Shown here piece by piece: positions 39,901 to 48,404 of a stretch of DNA of 64,000 bases. The DNA is taken from sequence record MW384823.1; one strand, 5' to 3'. Every line of letters starts with the position of its first letter. Position 1 is the stretch's first letter. The translations under genes and the position numbers were made by a program. The notes under the pieces are model-generated. The model saw only the letters and a program-made list of their open reading frames with translations. It made no database searches and had not been told where the DNA came from.

Positions 39901-41114
39901 AGCCGGGCGAAGTGCTGTCGTTTATCGACGGTCTTGTACCGGACACGCTGATGGATGATGCGAAGCGTCAAAACTTCGTGGGTATCCAATATGGTTCGAC
40001 CACAACGGTCGTGGGGGCAATGGTACCACCTTATCGAACTGAACAGGAGAAAGCGGCTGCACATCGTACGTCTGTGAAGCACGCCCGTGGTATCGATAAA
40101 CCAGGTAAAATCGTGATGAAGACGGATGAGTTCATCCGTATCAAGTACGATGACGGCGAAGAAGAGACCTTCGAACTGGGTCGCTGGTATGGCGCACACG
40201 AGGGGACGTATTACCCACACACCGTTATCAGTAAATGGAAGCAGGGTGACAAACTGCCTGCGGGGTCTATCATCACCTTTAACGGTGATCACTTTGAACC
40301 GGATCTCTACGATCCGACACAGGTTTGCTTGAAAGAATCCATTCTGGCTAATGTCGCGTTGATTGAAGCGGAAGAGGTTATTGAAGACTCGAATGCAATT
40401 AGTGAGCGGTTCGCTGCGAAAGCACAGTCTGATGTGACCAAAATCAAAGAAGTCACGATTGGCTTTAACCAGAACATGTTGGAAATGGTGAAGGAAGGCG
40501 ACCATGTAGATGTGGAGTCAATTCTATGCACCTTCAGCGACAACCTGAACGACGATATGAGCGGTTTCAGTAAAGAAGCTGCCCAAACCCTGTACGAACT
40601 GAGTTCGTTCTCACCGCAAGCCGGTGTGCGGGGACACGTCGATAAAATCGAAGTGGTTTACCATGGTGACCCAGAAGACCTGACTCCATCGCTGAAAACG
40701 TTGGTGAATGGGAAAGACCGTCAACGTCGTAAACTGGCTAACGCACTGGGCAAAGACATTCCAACGTCCGGCAGCGTGAATGGGGATTACCGTGTAGACG
40801 GCGTGCCGTTAGCGTACAACACGTTGTGTGTGAAGTTCTATATCACGCACCGTGTGGACATGGCGGCGGCTGACAAAATGGTTATCGCTAACCAGTTGAA
40901 AACCACGGTACAAGAATTGATGCGCGGCGAAAACTACACTGAACGTGGAGAGGAGCTGGACATCATCTTCGGCCGTAACTCGGTGGATGCCCGTATCGTA
41001 GGTTCACTGATGCGTATCGGAACATGTAACGCCGCCGGTTTCCACGGCGGTCTTTGTGTCGGGAAGATTTTAGACGGTGAGGCCGTTCCTGAACTACCTG
41101 CTAAAATCAAATAA
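36927..41114 (+). CDS. Virion RNA polymerase beta subunit, N-terminal/main fragment
   Basis: RpoB-like motifs DDAKRQNF (cf. DDANRALM), WYGAHEGT, EDSNAISERF, GDHVDVESIL and DKMVIANQLKTTV...ELDIIFGRNSVDAR. Confidence 0.9.
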   Translation: MLLIKQFNQRFSVRRTDEFGKPRIIPLEKLQIPRGSVFHTVDLDQVVLAPPVTTPYFQELEKPAQIRHHYRLPEDGISGKPIPVPVQGQERQILAYHRANRRFRRLTDDTLVRRDPKVLLIENYTPMLPHYRYPDTLMSWYDRLRNIQVLIANQFKYDTAEYLRQNYIIVNLGSTLPSFDKFKTTYNNRIKNKLEHFQSIELLWLLDLFGWARGDQKDTLFAGMDMTQLSRMNFIFTHNSGFTSMNMGVVERMRKSAGGRLTDDVMSRHFYRTLIQVMTTQPSDKFETEFVTPEGEEQTVMHDVENDDIVEGSDDITDEDIINEEPVVDDDVVDFDTNEDLVIEAPKEDIKPTTIVVEKTIDHAAVIKQEVEKLAEAGRVTAKAYKFLNESNQRFNQLPNPYNPKETYEQALTYSVKDIEVKPKKTLVKPLVTTEDWTQSTVDAMDKQYNSVVLPKDILSAVASSQRLGMAIHDHKVEKEISVTGNIEHHTIRLQPIGGEPVTVRFQTPALTEDGTWMANGTEYTMRRQRVDLPIRKVDFDTVALTTAYGKNFVRRSDKVANDYGRWLTNAIIVQAVDPKNTSVTDAKLANVFDPLNTLPRQYTMVARRVSGFNAMGYQWNFDSKKLNEFFGEEGVKNLEAKELLPVAKMRGNKFIGMDENSQLYKVDGDKMEPQGDLADFLGVDASKSPREMTELSLMGTSLTLGFIFSYYLGLTGMLKHFGIRYEVLPPGNRIDKTLYDSVIRLADSKIVVICDNDKQRMIVNGLDKYLKLLTTYTESEVDREDIYLNLIRDADGLTPRYINELRLMRTAFVDDMHARILRKMGEPETFIGLLERANEMLLNDYTKPEINGDEMMFIGNQRIAYHVYTAMVRAMRNYQNAPGSNRRFELSQDMVWGAINSDPSVLLAPGANPIQCTKEKDVVTMGGTGGRNRKTMVYHTREFQESDLGIVSGNTVDNGDVGITAFLTNNPRFDTVDGTTFTRSKEGEDHKPGEVLSFIDGLVPDTLMDDAKRQNFVGIQYGSTTTVVGAMVPPYRTEQEKAAAHRTSVKHARGIDKPGKIVMKTDEFIRIKYDDGEEETFELGRWYGAHEGTYYPHTVISKWKQGDKLPAGSIITFNGDHFEPDLYDPTQVCLKESILANVALIEAEEVIEDSNAISERFAAKAQSDVTKIKEVTIGFNQNMLEMVKEGDHVDVESILCTFSDNLNDDMSGFSKEAAQTLYELSSFSPQAGVRGHVDKIEVVYHGDPEDLTPSLKTLVNGKDRQRRKLANALGKDIPTSGSVNGDYRVDGVPLAYNTLCVKFYITHRVDMAAADKMVIANQLKTTVQELMRGENYTERGEELDIIFGRNSVDARIVGSLMRIGTCNAAGFHGGLCVGKILDGEAVPELPAKIK

Positions 41115-41118
41115 CACT

Positions 41119-41141
41119 CTGGGCGGGTCGCTACCGCCCAG
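41119..41141 (+). other. GC-rich hairpin without U-tract
   Basis: CTGGGCGG-GTCGCTA-CCGCCCAG, after the vRNAP beta stop. Confidence 0.65.
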
Positions 41142-41160
41142 TCAAACTCCGGAGTAAGGT

Positions 41161-41454
41161 ATGTCAATTTTAGAACAAATCCGTATGCGCCACAATTTGC
41201 CGGTCTCCGACAATGTGCAGTCGCAAGAGACGGACAGTTTTTCACCGGTGCAGCGCATGAATGCGATTACACTGGCGAATGCCGTGGAACTGACCACGGA
41301 AGTTATCCACGGGTTAATGCGTGGGAATAACGGCCTCGATGGTCACATGGGCGAACAGCGTTTGCTCAAGCGTGATATCGCCGACATGGTCGGCGGTCGT
41401 CTGGCAGGTCGTGTGCAGGATGTTATCAGCACCGTGAAGGGGAACAACCAATGA
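41161..41454 (+). CDS. Small probable head protein
   Basis: GGAG/TAAGGT RBS; 97 aa; lies between the vRNAP beta and head genes. Call rests on synteny. Confidence 0.6.
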   Translation: MSILEQIRMRHNLPVSDNVQSQETDSFSPVQRMNAITLANAVELTTEVIHGLMRGNNGLDGHMGEQRLLKRDIADMVGGRLAGRVQDVISTVKGNNQ

Positions 41455-42914
41455 TCAATCTGTACTCTGTTAACGCAACCACCAACGCCATGCGTTTGCT
41501 GAAACAAGCAAACCTGCGTTTAAGTGCGGATGAAGGTTCACCGATTGCGCTGCTGAACAAAGCCACGAACCAAGGGTCGGTGTTTGACTCTGCCATCACT
41601 GATGAGCAGTTCTTCCAAACCCTGCCACAAATCACGGCACTGCGTCAGCCTGCCCACGGTACCGGCGAAGACAACGTGGTCGTTGATACGGCTGCCGGTG
41701 CGGAGTCTATTCGTGTGGAAGACCACGAACCGACCCTGTATGAGCTGAAGCGCATGATCAGCCAACGTTGTGCGGGGATGCTGGACTTCTCCCGTAACGT
41801 GATTCAGCCGTTCGTGCAGGACGTGTTGAAAAACAACCAGATTGCACCGGTGCAGGAAGTCAAAGAAGACTGGCAACTGGTGCCGGTTGATACCGACCCG
41901 TGCATCAACGAACCGATTGTGCAGGCGCTGATTAACAAACTCGACAACCCGACCGGCATGGGCTTCTCGCACGACGCGCTGGACGTGAGCGTGCCGGATG
42001 TGATTGACGTACCAGAAACGGGTCGTAAGACCTTTGACCAGTTGGTGGGCAAACTCCTGACTGAGCTGGGTCTGTCCATGTCCGAAGCGATGCGTACGCT
42101 GTGTGCCGGTAACGCGGTTGTGCCGAACTCTGCACAGGCTCCGCACTACATGAAGCAGAATGTGCTGTTCCTGCTGCTCAGTGCGTACTTCCTGGAAAAC
42201 CCGTGGGCAAACTCTGGCGTCAGCGTTGACCGCTGGAAAGCCCAGTTCACCAAAGCCCACTACAGCTACTGTGGTTGGGTGTATCTGTACGCCGAAGCGG
42301 TTGTGGTGCGCACCAAACTCGGTAACATCGTCTATTCCTACGATGCCAACGACAAGAAAGTGTACATCTGTCAGGAAGCGCTGGACAGTTACCTGAACGA
42401 TAACGGCACGGTGGAAGCCCTGCTGGGTGCACTCTACCTGCTGGACGACGGTGACACCACGGCGTCAACCAACAAGCAATCGCTGTTGGACAAACAGGAT
42501 GCGTATGTGGCCGCGTGGGATCGTCGCAGCTCCATTCGCCGTATGGCGGCCGACACCGATTGGCTGACCAGCAACCGTCAGGCGTTGAAGACCGCGTTTA
42601 ATCTGTCTATCGATACCCTCGATCCGGATTACCTGTCCTCTATCGGCGAAAACAAAAAGCTGACCCCGCAGGAGGCGAAGCTGGCCTGTGCGTCATCTAT
42701 CGACCACTTGTTCAATCGCAGCACCACTGACATCACTGCATTCATTATTCGTACTGCGTGCTGTGAAGTGTTCGGCGAGTATGAGCTGTCCAATCTGATG
42801 CTTTCGATTCATGAAGGCATGATTGAAGGTCAGAAGCCGGATGCGGTTGCCTCAACGTGGATTACTAACTACGTTCTGGATTGGCTGTTGCAGGGTGTGC
42901 TGATCGAAGAATAA
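41451..42914 (+). CDS. Probable abundant internal head protein
   Basis: 487 aa with strong codon bias and a candidate protease site AAGAE-S near aa 84. Synteny resembles SPN3US gp243. Confidence 0.65.
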   Translation: MINLYSVNATTNAMRLLKQANLRLSADEGSPIALLNKATNQGSVFDSAITDEQFFQTLPQITALRQPAHGTGEDNVVVDTAAGAESIRVEDHEPTLYELKRMISQRCAGMLDFSRNVIQPFVQDVLKNNQIAPVQEVKEDWQLVPVDTDPCINEPIVQALINKLDNPTGMGFSHDALDVSVPDVIDVPETGRKTFDQLVGKLLTELGLSMSEAMRTLCAGNAVVPNSAQAPHYMKQNVLFLLLSAYFLENPWANSGVSVDRWKAQFTKAHYSYCGWVYLYAEAVVVRTKLGNIVYSYDANDKKVYICQEALDSYLNDNGTVEALLGALYLLDDGDTTASTNKQSLLDKQDAYVAAWDRRSSIRRMAADTDWLTSNRQALKTAFNLSIDTLDPDYLSSIGENKKLTPQEAKLACASSIDHLFNRSTTDITAFIIRTACCEVFGEYELSNLMLSIHEGMIEGQKPDAVASTWITNYVLDWLLQGVLIEE

Positions 42915-42927
42915 CGGAGGGTGTGGC

Positions 42928-43650
42928 ATGAGTGCCATTGAAACCGCACGCCGCGATCCGCGAAAGATCCATGCTGACTTGGTCGACGAGGGCACTGCCA
43001 CTATTACCAAAGGGGGGTGTTATCTTTACATCCCCGTTGGGTATACCTCGAAAGAATTGGCGTTCATTTCCTCGACGATTGAAATCGTGGGGATGTTCGC
43101 CATTTCGACTGACCGTAAGACGTACGGTGTCTCGAACGTCACGACGTTTATTGAGATTACGCCGTCTTCGTTTGAAGAAGTGGATGTTGCAGGTGAACCT
43201 TACTACGAGTTCCGCTTTGACCCCGGTACGGTTGTCTTTCCGAACCGTATGTTGCAAGTGGTTTCCAACCCGGTGTATAACATCGCCTCCTACGTGTACG
43301 ACTTTGGTAACCGTCCGTTTTGGTTCACTATCGTAGACGATGCTGAGCTGTTGTCCGATGCACCGCTGTGGAATGGTTTTCGGGTCTTTGCTGACCAGAT
43401 TACCGCAGACTGTTACGCGGCACACACCCAACGCAAGAAAGGTGACCCGCGTACGTTCTTCCGTTACACGCTGAAAAAAGACAGCGATATGTTTGGTCCC
43501 GTCCAGTACATCCCGCTTCGAGATGGTTCGCTTAACAAAACCTCTCGACTGGCGAAGCTTGCTGACGTTGAACTGAAACGCGGGATTCGTTCCGCGCTCA
43601 GTGTCGATCCGGTGCGAGCTGAACCGCTTGAGGATCTCTTCATGAGATGA
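42928..43650 (+). CDS. Virion RNA polymerase beta' C-terminal fragment
   Basis: 240 aa ending PLEDL. Position directly before the prohead protease matches the fifth vRNAP subunit (SPN3US gp244 / phiKZ gp176) as recalled. Confidence 0.65.
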   Translation: MSAIETARRDPRKIHADLVDEGTATITKGGCYLYIPVGYTSKELAFISSTIEIVGMFAISTDRKTYGVSNVTTFIEITPSSFEEVDVAGEPYYEFRFDPGTVVFPNRMLQVVSNPVYNIASYVYDFGNRPFWFTIVDDAELLSDAPLWNGFRVFADQITADCYAAHTQRKKGDPRTFFRYTLKKDSDMFGPVQYIPLRDGSLNKTSRLAKLADVELKRGIRSALSVDPVRAEPLEDLFMR

Positions 43651-43707
43651 TGGGTAACGGCATCTTCGCCGGTGCCGTTATTCACCGACAATTAACTGGG
43701 GTAAACA

Positions 43708-44514
43708 ATGGATTCGAATTTAACCATGCGTTACAACTGCGTAGCGCTTGCGGGGGTAAACAAAGGGCAGACGCTCCAGAAGGACGCGGACGGGTATTAC
43801 TACGTTCTGCTGGGTGCGTTGAACATTTTCAACTCGGAAGGTATCTTCTACGCGTTTAACGAATCGAAGCACGTCTTTGACCGTTCAAGCGTGTTCATGC
43901 GCAAGGTACAAGCCGGTAACCTGTTTGGGGAAGAAGACCACCCGCCGTTTGAGCCGGGGATGTCAGAAGCCCAATGGATTGAACGCAACGAGTGGATTGA
44001 AACCAAAAACGTTGCCATGCACATTCGTGAAGTCGAATTAAAACCGACTGACCAAGTGTGTAACGGTATGCCGGTGGTGGAAATCTGGGGCTGGATTAAA
44101 CCGAACCGCGATCGTGGTCCGTATCTGGCCGAGGCATTAGAGAACCCGCACCAGAACGTGTGCTTCTCTCTGCGTGCCATCGTTCGCGAAGGTCGTATCG
44201 GTGGTACCCTGTGTCGTCGTATTGACCGTATGGTCACCTTCGACTGGGTTATCGAAGACGGCCTGCAAATCTGCAACAAATACTCCGCCATTGAACGCGG
44301 CAGTAAAGTTGCCCGTGAAAGTACCCGTACGTTTGTCGACCGTCCTATCCATCGTCGTACGCTGGAAGAGATGGCCTTCAACCCGCATGCGACGTCTAAG
44401 ATTGCGACAGAGTCCCGTCGTGGTGCTGCACGTCAGATTGCACGCGAGTACCTGAACTATTCCGAGGCCCGTCCTCATACGCGTGTTGTGGGGTTAGGGA
44501 AGGGGAGCTGGTAA
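43708..44514 (+). CDS. Prohead core protease (phiKZ gp175 / T4 gp21-like)
   Basis: GEEDHP (catalytic His), CFSLRA (catalytic Ser) and VTFDWV. C-terminal A-X-E self-cleavage candidates ARE-S and ATE-S. Confidence 0.88.
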   Translation: MDSNLTMRYNCVALAGVNKGQTLQKDADGYYYVLLGALNIFNSEGIFYAFNESKHVFDRSSVFMRKVQAGNLFGEEDHPPFEPGMSEAQWIERNEWIETKNVAMHIREVELKPTDQVCNGMPVVEIWGWIKPNRDRGPYLAEALENPHQNVCFSLRAIVREGRIGGTLCRRIDRMVTFDWVIEDGLQICNKYSAIERGSKVARESTRTFVDRPIHRRTLEEMAFNPHATSKIATESRRGAARQIAREYLNYSEARPHTRVVGLGKGSW

Positions 44515-45129
44515 ATGGCTGAACATGATGCTTCCTTGGATAAGTGGTTTGAAAACCAGCTACCTCGTGTTGCGAAGAAACTCGCGATAAAAGGGATAGA
44601 GACACCACCCCTACACATCGGTGGCAAGGTGCGTGTCTTTACGCCGCGGTTGCCTAACAACCCGGCACCTGGGGAAGATCAGACCATTCCACGCGTTTGC
44701 TGCTCGTTAACAATCAAGAACTGTTGTGTGGGTGCTCGCCACAACTTTCAGTTCGCAAACGAGAACCCACGGTTGTACATTTACGCGTTCGATGAACGCA
44801 GTGTTGTGCAGCCGTCCGTTGAGGTCACAAAGGAACCGAACCGGGCAGGGGAAGTTTGGATTGTTCCACACCGTATGGCTAACTGGGAAATCAAGCCTCG
44901 TGTGATTGGTGAGATGCGCCTGGCCAATATGGCGAAGGACTACACTGAATTGGACTATGTCCTGATGGTGTCCGAACCCACGGTGTGGGAGAATGGTACA
45001 ATGTTGAAACCCGACACGGCCTATCACTTCAAAGTGACATGGTCGCCAGAGTTTCGCTTCACGGAACCTAAAGCGGTGCCTGTGGATGTCTATCACGATG
45101 CCCTGAATGCGTATACCGTCACCCGTTAA
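44515..45129 (+). CDS. Probable virion protein; candidate ADP-ribosyltransferase-like fold
   Basis: LHIG...FTPRLP...EDQTIPRVCCS...LYIY...GEVW. Fold call is inference. Confidence 0.5.
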   Translation: MAEHDASLDKWFENQLPRVAKKLAIKGIETPPLHIGGKVRVFTPRLPNNPAPGEDQTIPRVCCSLTIKNCCVGARHNFQFANENPRLYIYAFDERSVVQPSVEVTKEPNRAGEVWIVPHRMANWEIKPRVIGEMRLANMAKDYTELDYVLMVSEPTVWENGTMLKPDTAYHFKVTWSPEFRFTEPKAVPVDVYHDALNAYTVTR

Positions 45130-45177
45130 GTAAGTTCGTGGTCTGCAAATCACACTTACTACACTGGAGGCAGTAAC

Positions 45178-45474
45178 ATGAAAGCGGTAAACATTGTGAT
45201 ACCTCCTAGCCTTAACATGTTTTCCCCAGAGGAGCTGAGGGCTGTTGCCCTTCATGCGATTCAGGGAAGGGTGGGTAAAAACGTCTTAGCCGAAGTGTTG
45301 TCTGTACGGTTGGATACGAAGCGGAAGATCAATAATGTCATCGCGGCGATTCCACAGCAAGACCTCACGAATTTCTATCTCGACCTGCAAACAGCCGGTG
45401 CGACGATCGACTATAGCCGGACGTTCTTTTTACATACCGAGCTATACCGCCGTATTGTTACTGTGAAGCAGTAA
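45178..45474 (+). CDS. Hypothetical protein
   Basis: GGAGG RBS; 98 aa. Confidence 0.65.
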   Translation: MKAVNIVIPPSLNMFSPEELRAVALHAIQGRVGKNVLAEVLSVRLDTKRKINNVIAAIPQQDLTNFYLDLQTAGATIDYSRTFFLHTELYRRIVTVKQ

Positions 45475-45530
45475 TAAAAAAATACAGCATTACATGTTTT
45501 TGTGCGGGGACTTTTTAAGGATAACAAAAA

Positions 45531-46088
45531 ATGATTTATTTGGATAGCGATGGCGTGTTCGCCGGTTGGCGCTTGTACGCACTGCCCAAATACTTTCCGA
45601 CGATGACTTCACACGAGTTTAACAAACTACCAGAACTGAAGCGCCGTGGGTTGATGCGTGACATGTATCAACAGGAGCCTAACCTCTTCTATAACCTTCC
45701 ACCAAACAAAGCAATGATTCAAGTTCTTGAATTCATTGAGAAATCATGTTTACCGTGGTCTATTCTTACCTCCGGGTCAGAAGATCATTTCGACCATGAT
45801 TTGGTGGTGGATTGCAAAGAGCGCTGGTTTGATAAACACTTTGGTGTTCCAGCAGACAAAATCATCGTAACTGAAAACTCAGGGGCGAAGGCGGCGTATG
45901 CGGGACGAGGGAAACTGCTTGTTGACGATTACGGACGCAATTGTCGCGAGTGGGCACTCAAAGGTGGAACCGCCTATTGGGTTCACACAGATGAACCGAA
46001 TGTGCGGGATCTCATTCGCCACATTGGTGCTTTTGCAGAAGATCCTAACATGCTCTGTGGGTCCATCCTACAGATACAAGCCGGTTAG
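45531..46088 (+). CDS. HAD-family 5'(3')-deoxyribonucleotidase-like phosphatase
   Basis: Motif I IYLDSDGV, motif II ILTS, motif III Lys in AKAAY and motif IV LLVDD...NCREW..KGG. Confidence 0.85.
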   Translation: MIYLDSDGVFAGWRLYALPKYFPTMTSHEFNKLPELKRRGLMRDMYQQEPNLFYNLPPNKAMIQVLEFIEKSCLPWSILTSGSEDHFDHDLVVDCKERWFDKHFGVPADKIIVTENSGAKAAYAGRGKLLVDDYGRNCREWALKGGTAYWVHTDEPNVRDLIRHIGAFAEDPNMLCGSILQIQAG

Positions 46089-46096
46089 GTGTTAAG

Positions 46097-46140
46097 GTGG
46101 CCATCCCTCAAAAGGTGGCCACGTATTCTATATTTTTTTG
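46097..46140 (+). terminator. Intrinsic terminator
   Basis: GTGGCCA...TGGCCAC stem (46097-46122) with a T-rich tail. Confidence 0.6.
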
Positions 46141-46160
46141 GATATATATTACCTAGGTGA
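46141..46160 (+). promoter_or_regulatory. Putative early promoter (TATATTAC core)
   Basis: GATATATATTACCTAGGTGA, identical over 20 bp to 62104-62123. Contains the phiKZ early motif TATATTAC. Confidence 0.8.
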
Positions 46161-46204
46161 ACTTACAACATTAAGTTTTTCAATCGACTATCAAGGGGTA
46201 CATC

Positions 46205-46396
46205 ATGAGTGAATTATTACGCAGCTTTTTGAAACTGCACGACGGTTCTAAAGACGCCTGCAAAGCATTCGAAGCACAGTCCACGATGGATGTGCGTGCG
46301 GTACTGGTCAGGAAACTGGCTATCGCTGTAAACGATAAAGATACCGTACGTGAAGCTGAAATCCGTAAACAACTTTTTGGGACTGTGAACAAATGA
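46205..46396 (+). CDS. Small hypothetical early protein
   Basis: AAGGGG RBS; 63 aa; first gene after the early promoter. Confidence 0.65.
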   Translation: MSELLRSFLKLHDGSKDACKAFEAQSTMDVRAVLVRKLAIAVNDKDTVREAEIRKQLFGTVNK

Positions 46397-47070
46397 ATCC
46401 ACAAGACGTACGTAAACTGACTGAGCAAGTTATCCGCCACTTCTACGACTTCTATCGTTATACAGACAGTGCGCACCGCATCGACCATATCCGTTCGGTT
46501 ATCAGCAACGTGATTCGTATCTGTTACACCAACGGTTGGCAAGAGCATCTCAAGCTGGCGATTATTGCAGCGGGCGCGCACGACATCTTCTCTACCAAAG
46601 AGCTGAGGGCAGAACACCACATCAAAGGTTTTACGTGGGTACTGGACAACAAACCTCTGCTGATGCGTAAATACAAACTTACCTCCGACGAGTGCTACAC
46701 CATCGCGTATGCGGTGATGGAACACCGTGGCAGTTTTAAAGGGAACTACAACAGCATCGTCTCCGAGATTGTGGCGGCAGCTGACCGTGGGATTCCATCT
46801 AAGGATGATGTGACTAACTACATCAGTCGCAGCTACTTGTATGCTCGCGACAACTTAGAGAAAAGTATTTCGAATGCGAAGTTCCACGCGGTGGCTCACA
46901 TTCAGGATAAGTTTGGACGCAACGCATATGCGAAAGTTCCAGACTGGTACCACGATATGTTCGCCAGAGAACTGGCTGAACGTCGTGACATTATCGACAT
47001 GCTCGATATCGACTTCTTTACACCAGACTTGGTGGAAGATTTAGAACGTAAACTCAATAACAACCCGTAA
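46393..47070 (+). CDS. HD-domain metal-dependent phosphohydrolase
   Basis: AHRIDH, AHD, EHH, EHR and AADRG give the H...HD...D metal-ligand pattern. Confidence 0.85.
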   Translation: MNPQDVRKLTEQVIRHFYDFYRYTDSAHRIDHIRSVISNVIRICYTNGWQEHLKLAIIAAGAHDIFSTKELRAEHHIKGFTWVLDNKPLLMRKYKLTSDECYTIAYAVMEHRGSFKGNYNSIVSEIVAAADRGIPSKDDVTNYISRSYLYARDNLEKSISNAKFHAVAHIQDKFGRNAYAKVPDWYHDMFARELAERRDIIDMLDIDFFTPDLVEDLERKLNNNP

Positions 47071-47082
47071 GGATTATCAAAG

Positions 47083-47586
47083 ATGGCTAAGATGACTTCT
47101 GTTAAAGACCTGATCGCAGACCTGAACGCTGGCGCTAAAACTGAGCTGGTAGAGCGTCGCCTGACCGAAGAGTCCGTTACCAATCTGGTACGTGGCTTCG
47201 AAGAAGGTACACCGACTATCAAAGTCACCCCGAACGAAAAGGGTGAACACAAATTGACTATCGCGGACATGGATACCATGGATCAGTATCGCGCTAACTT
47301 CCATGAAGCGTTCGGTAGCATCACCAAAGACCTGATTGGTGAAGAAGCGCGTAAAGACCCAGAGCTGGGTGCGATGGAAGTGACGCTGGATATCGGCAAG
47401 ACCACCTTCTCGACTGCGTTCGCCCGCCCAACCGGCGATGCGCCTTCGCAGAAAGAATGGGCTGCCGCCATCGGCTTCGGCTACAGCACCATCAAGAACA
47501 AAGCGCTCGAAGGCGCGCTGCGTCGTGACTTCGCCAAAGGCTTCCTCGAAGTAGAAGAAGGTGAGGACGAAGAAGACGAAGAGTAA
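47083..47586 (+). CDS. Hypothetical protein with acidic C-terminal tail
   Basis: TAAGGA RBS; strong codon bias; ends EVEEGEDEEDEE. Confidence 0.8.
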   Translation: MAKMTSVKDLIADLNAGAKTELVERRLTEESVTNLVRGFEEGTPTIKVTPNEKGEHKLTIADMDTMDQYRANFHEAFGSITKDLIGEEARKDPELGAMEVTLDIGKTTFSTAFARPTGDAPSQKEWAAAIGFGYSTIKNKALEGALRRDFAKGFLEVEEGEDEEDEE

Positions 47587-47759
47587 TGGTTAAGATAATC
47601 ATCGACCATCACCCTGACGTTATTCCGTTCACGGCAATCCGTAAAGACGGCACGATTGCATCACCCGACGAAGTGGGTGTAACAGTCCGCGTTGTCAAGT
47701 CGCCAACACCAAAGCCGTTGGATGGCGTAGCAAAACTCTATCGCCGGAAACGACGGTAG
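47586..47759 (+). CDS. 57-aa peptide with basic C-terminus
   Basis: Missing from the ORF track. TAATG coupling to the previous gene. MVKIIIDHHPDVIPF...VAKLYRRKRR. Confidence 0.5.
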   Translation: MVKIIIDHHPDVIPFTAIRKDGTIASPDEVGVTVRVVKSPTPKPLDGVAKLYRRKRR

Positions 47760-47819
47760 GGTTACAAGAGAGAGCTGTCTTATGACAGCTTTCTTTTTTT
47801 TGATCTTGAGAGAAACTTT

Positions 47820-48356
47820 ATGAACGAAATGATGAGTCCCATTACCAATGGGGCGCTGCCCTGCACATTGTCCCGTGAAGAAATCATTACCCGTGTTGGT
47901 TTGCTGGCTGAAATCCACATTCGTGGTTTGCTCTCTTCGCTGACCTTACCGGAATTCACTGAGATTGCTGAGTACCCGGTTGAAATCATGACCTGTACCG
48001 CCAACGGCTATCAGCGATTCTTATCTGAAACTACCGCGACGATCATTCAGAAAACCGCCGGGTTTATCCTGCGTTATAAATCAGCACTGGTTTATGAGTT
48101 GGGTGAAAGTGTGATGAATGTTCTCGAGAAGGAACACATCAAGCTGAATGGTTCCGACTTAAACAAACTTGAAGGTGGCGACAAGAACCTCCTGACATTG
48201 TGGTCAGTTGCCAACCCAACCTTGGTGGATGTCGCGCCATCCTCACGTTATGACGTCTTCGCCACCTTCTTGTTTATCAGCCACGTTAAATGGTTGGTCA
48301 TCCGCTTAGAAGCGGAAGGTGAGAAACCGCCTGCTGTGTCTGAACCAAAAAAATAA
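47820..48356 (+). CDS. Hypothetical protein
   Basis: 178 aa; ends at a bidirectional terminator. Confidence 0.7.
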   Translation: MNEMMSPITNGALPCTLSREEIITRVGLLAEIHIRGLLSSLTLPEFTEIAEYPVEIMTCTANGYQRFLSETTATIIQKTAGFILRYKSALVYELGESVMNVLEKEHIKLNGSDLNKLEGGDKNLLTLWSVANPTLVDVAPSSRYDVFATFLFISHVKWLVIRLEAEGEKPPAVSEPKK

Positions 48357-48402
48357 AAAAGCCACCCACTCCCGAAGGAGTGGGTAAGCTTATCTTTTTT
48401 TG
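48354..48402. terminator. Bidirectional intrinsic terminator (repeat family variant)
   Basis: ACCCACTCC-CGAA-GGAGTGGGT (48364-48385) with A- and T-tracts, between convergent genes. Confidence 0.88.
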
Positions 48403-48404
48403 CC

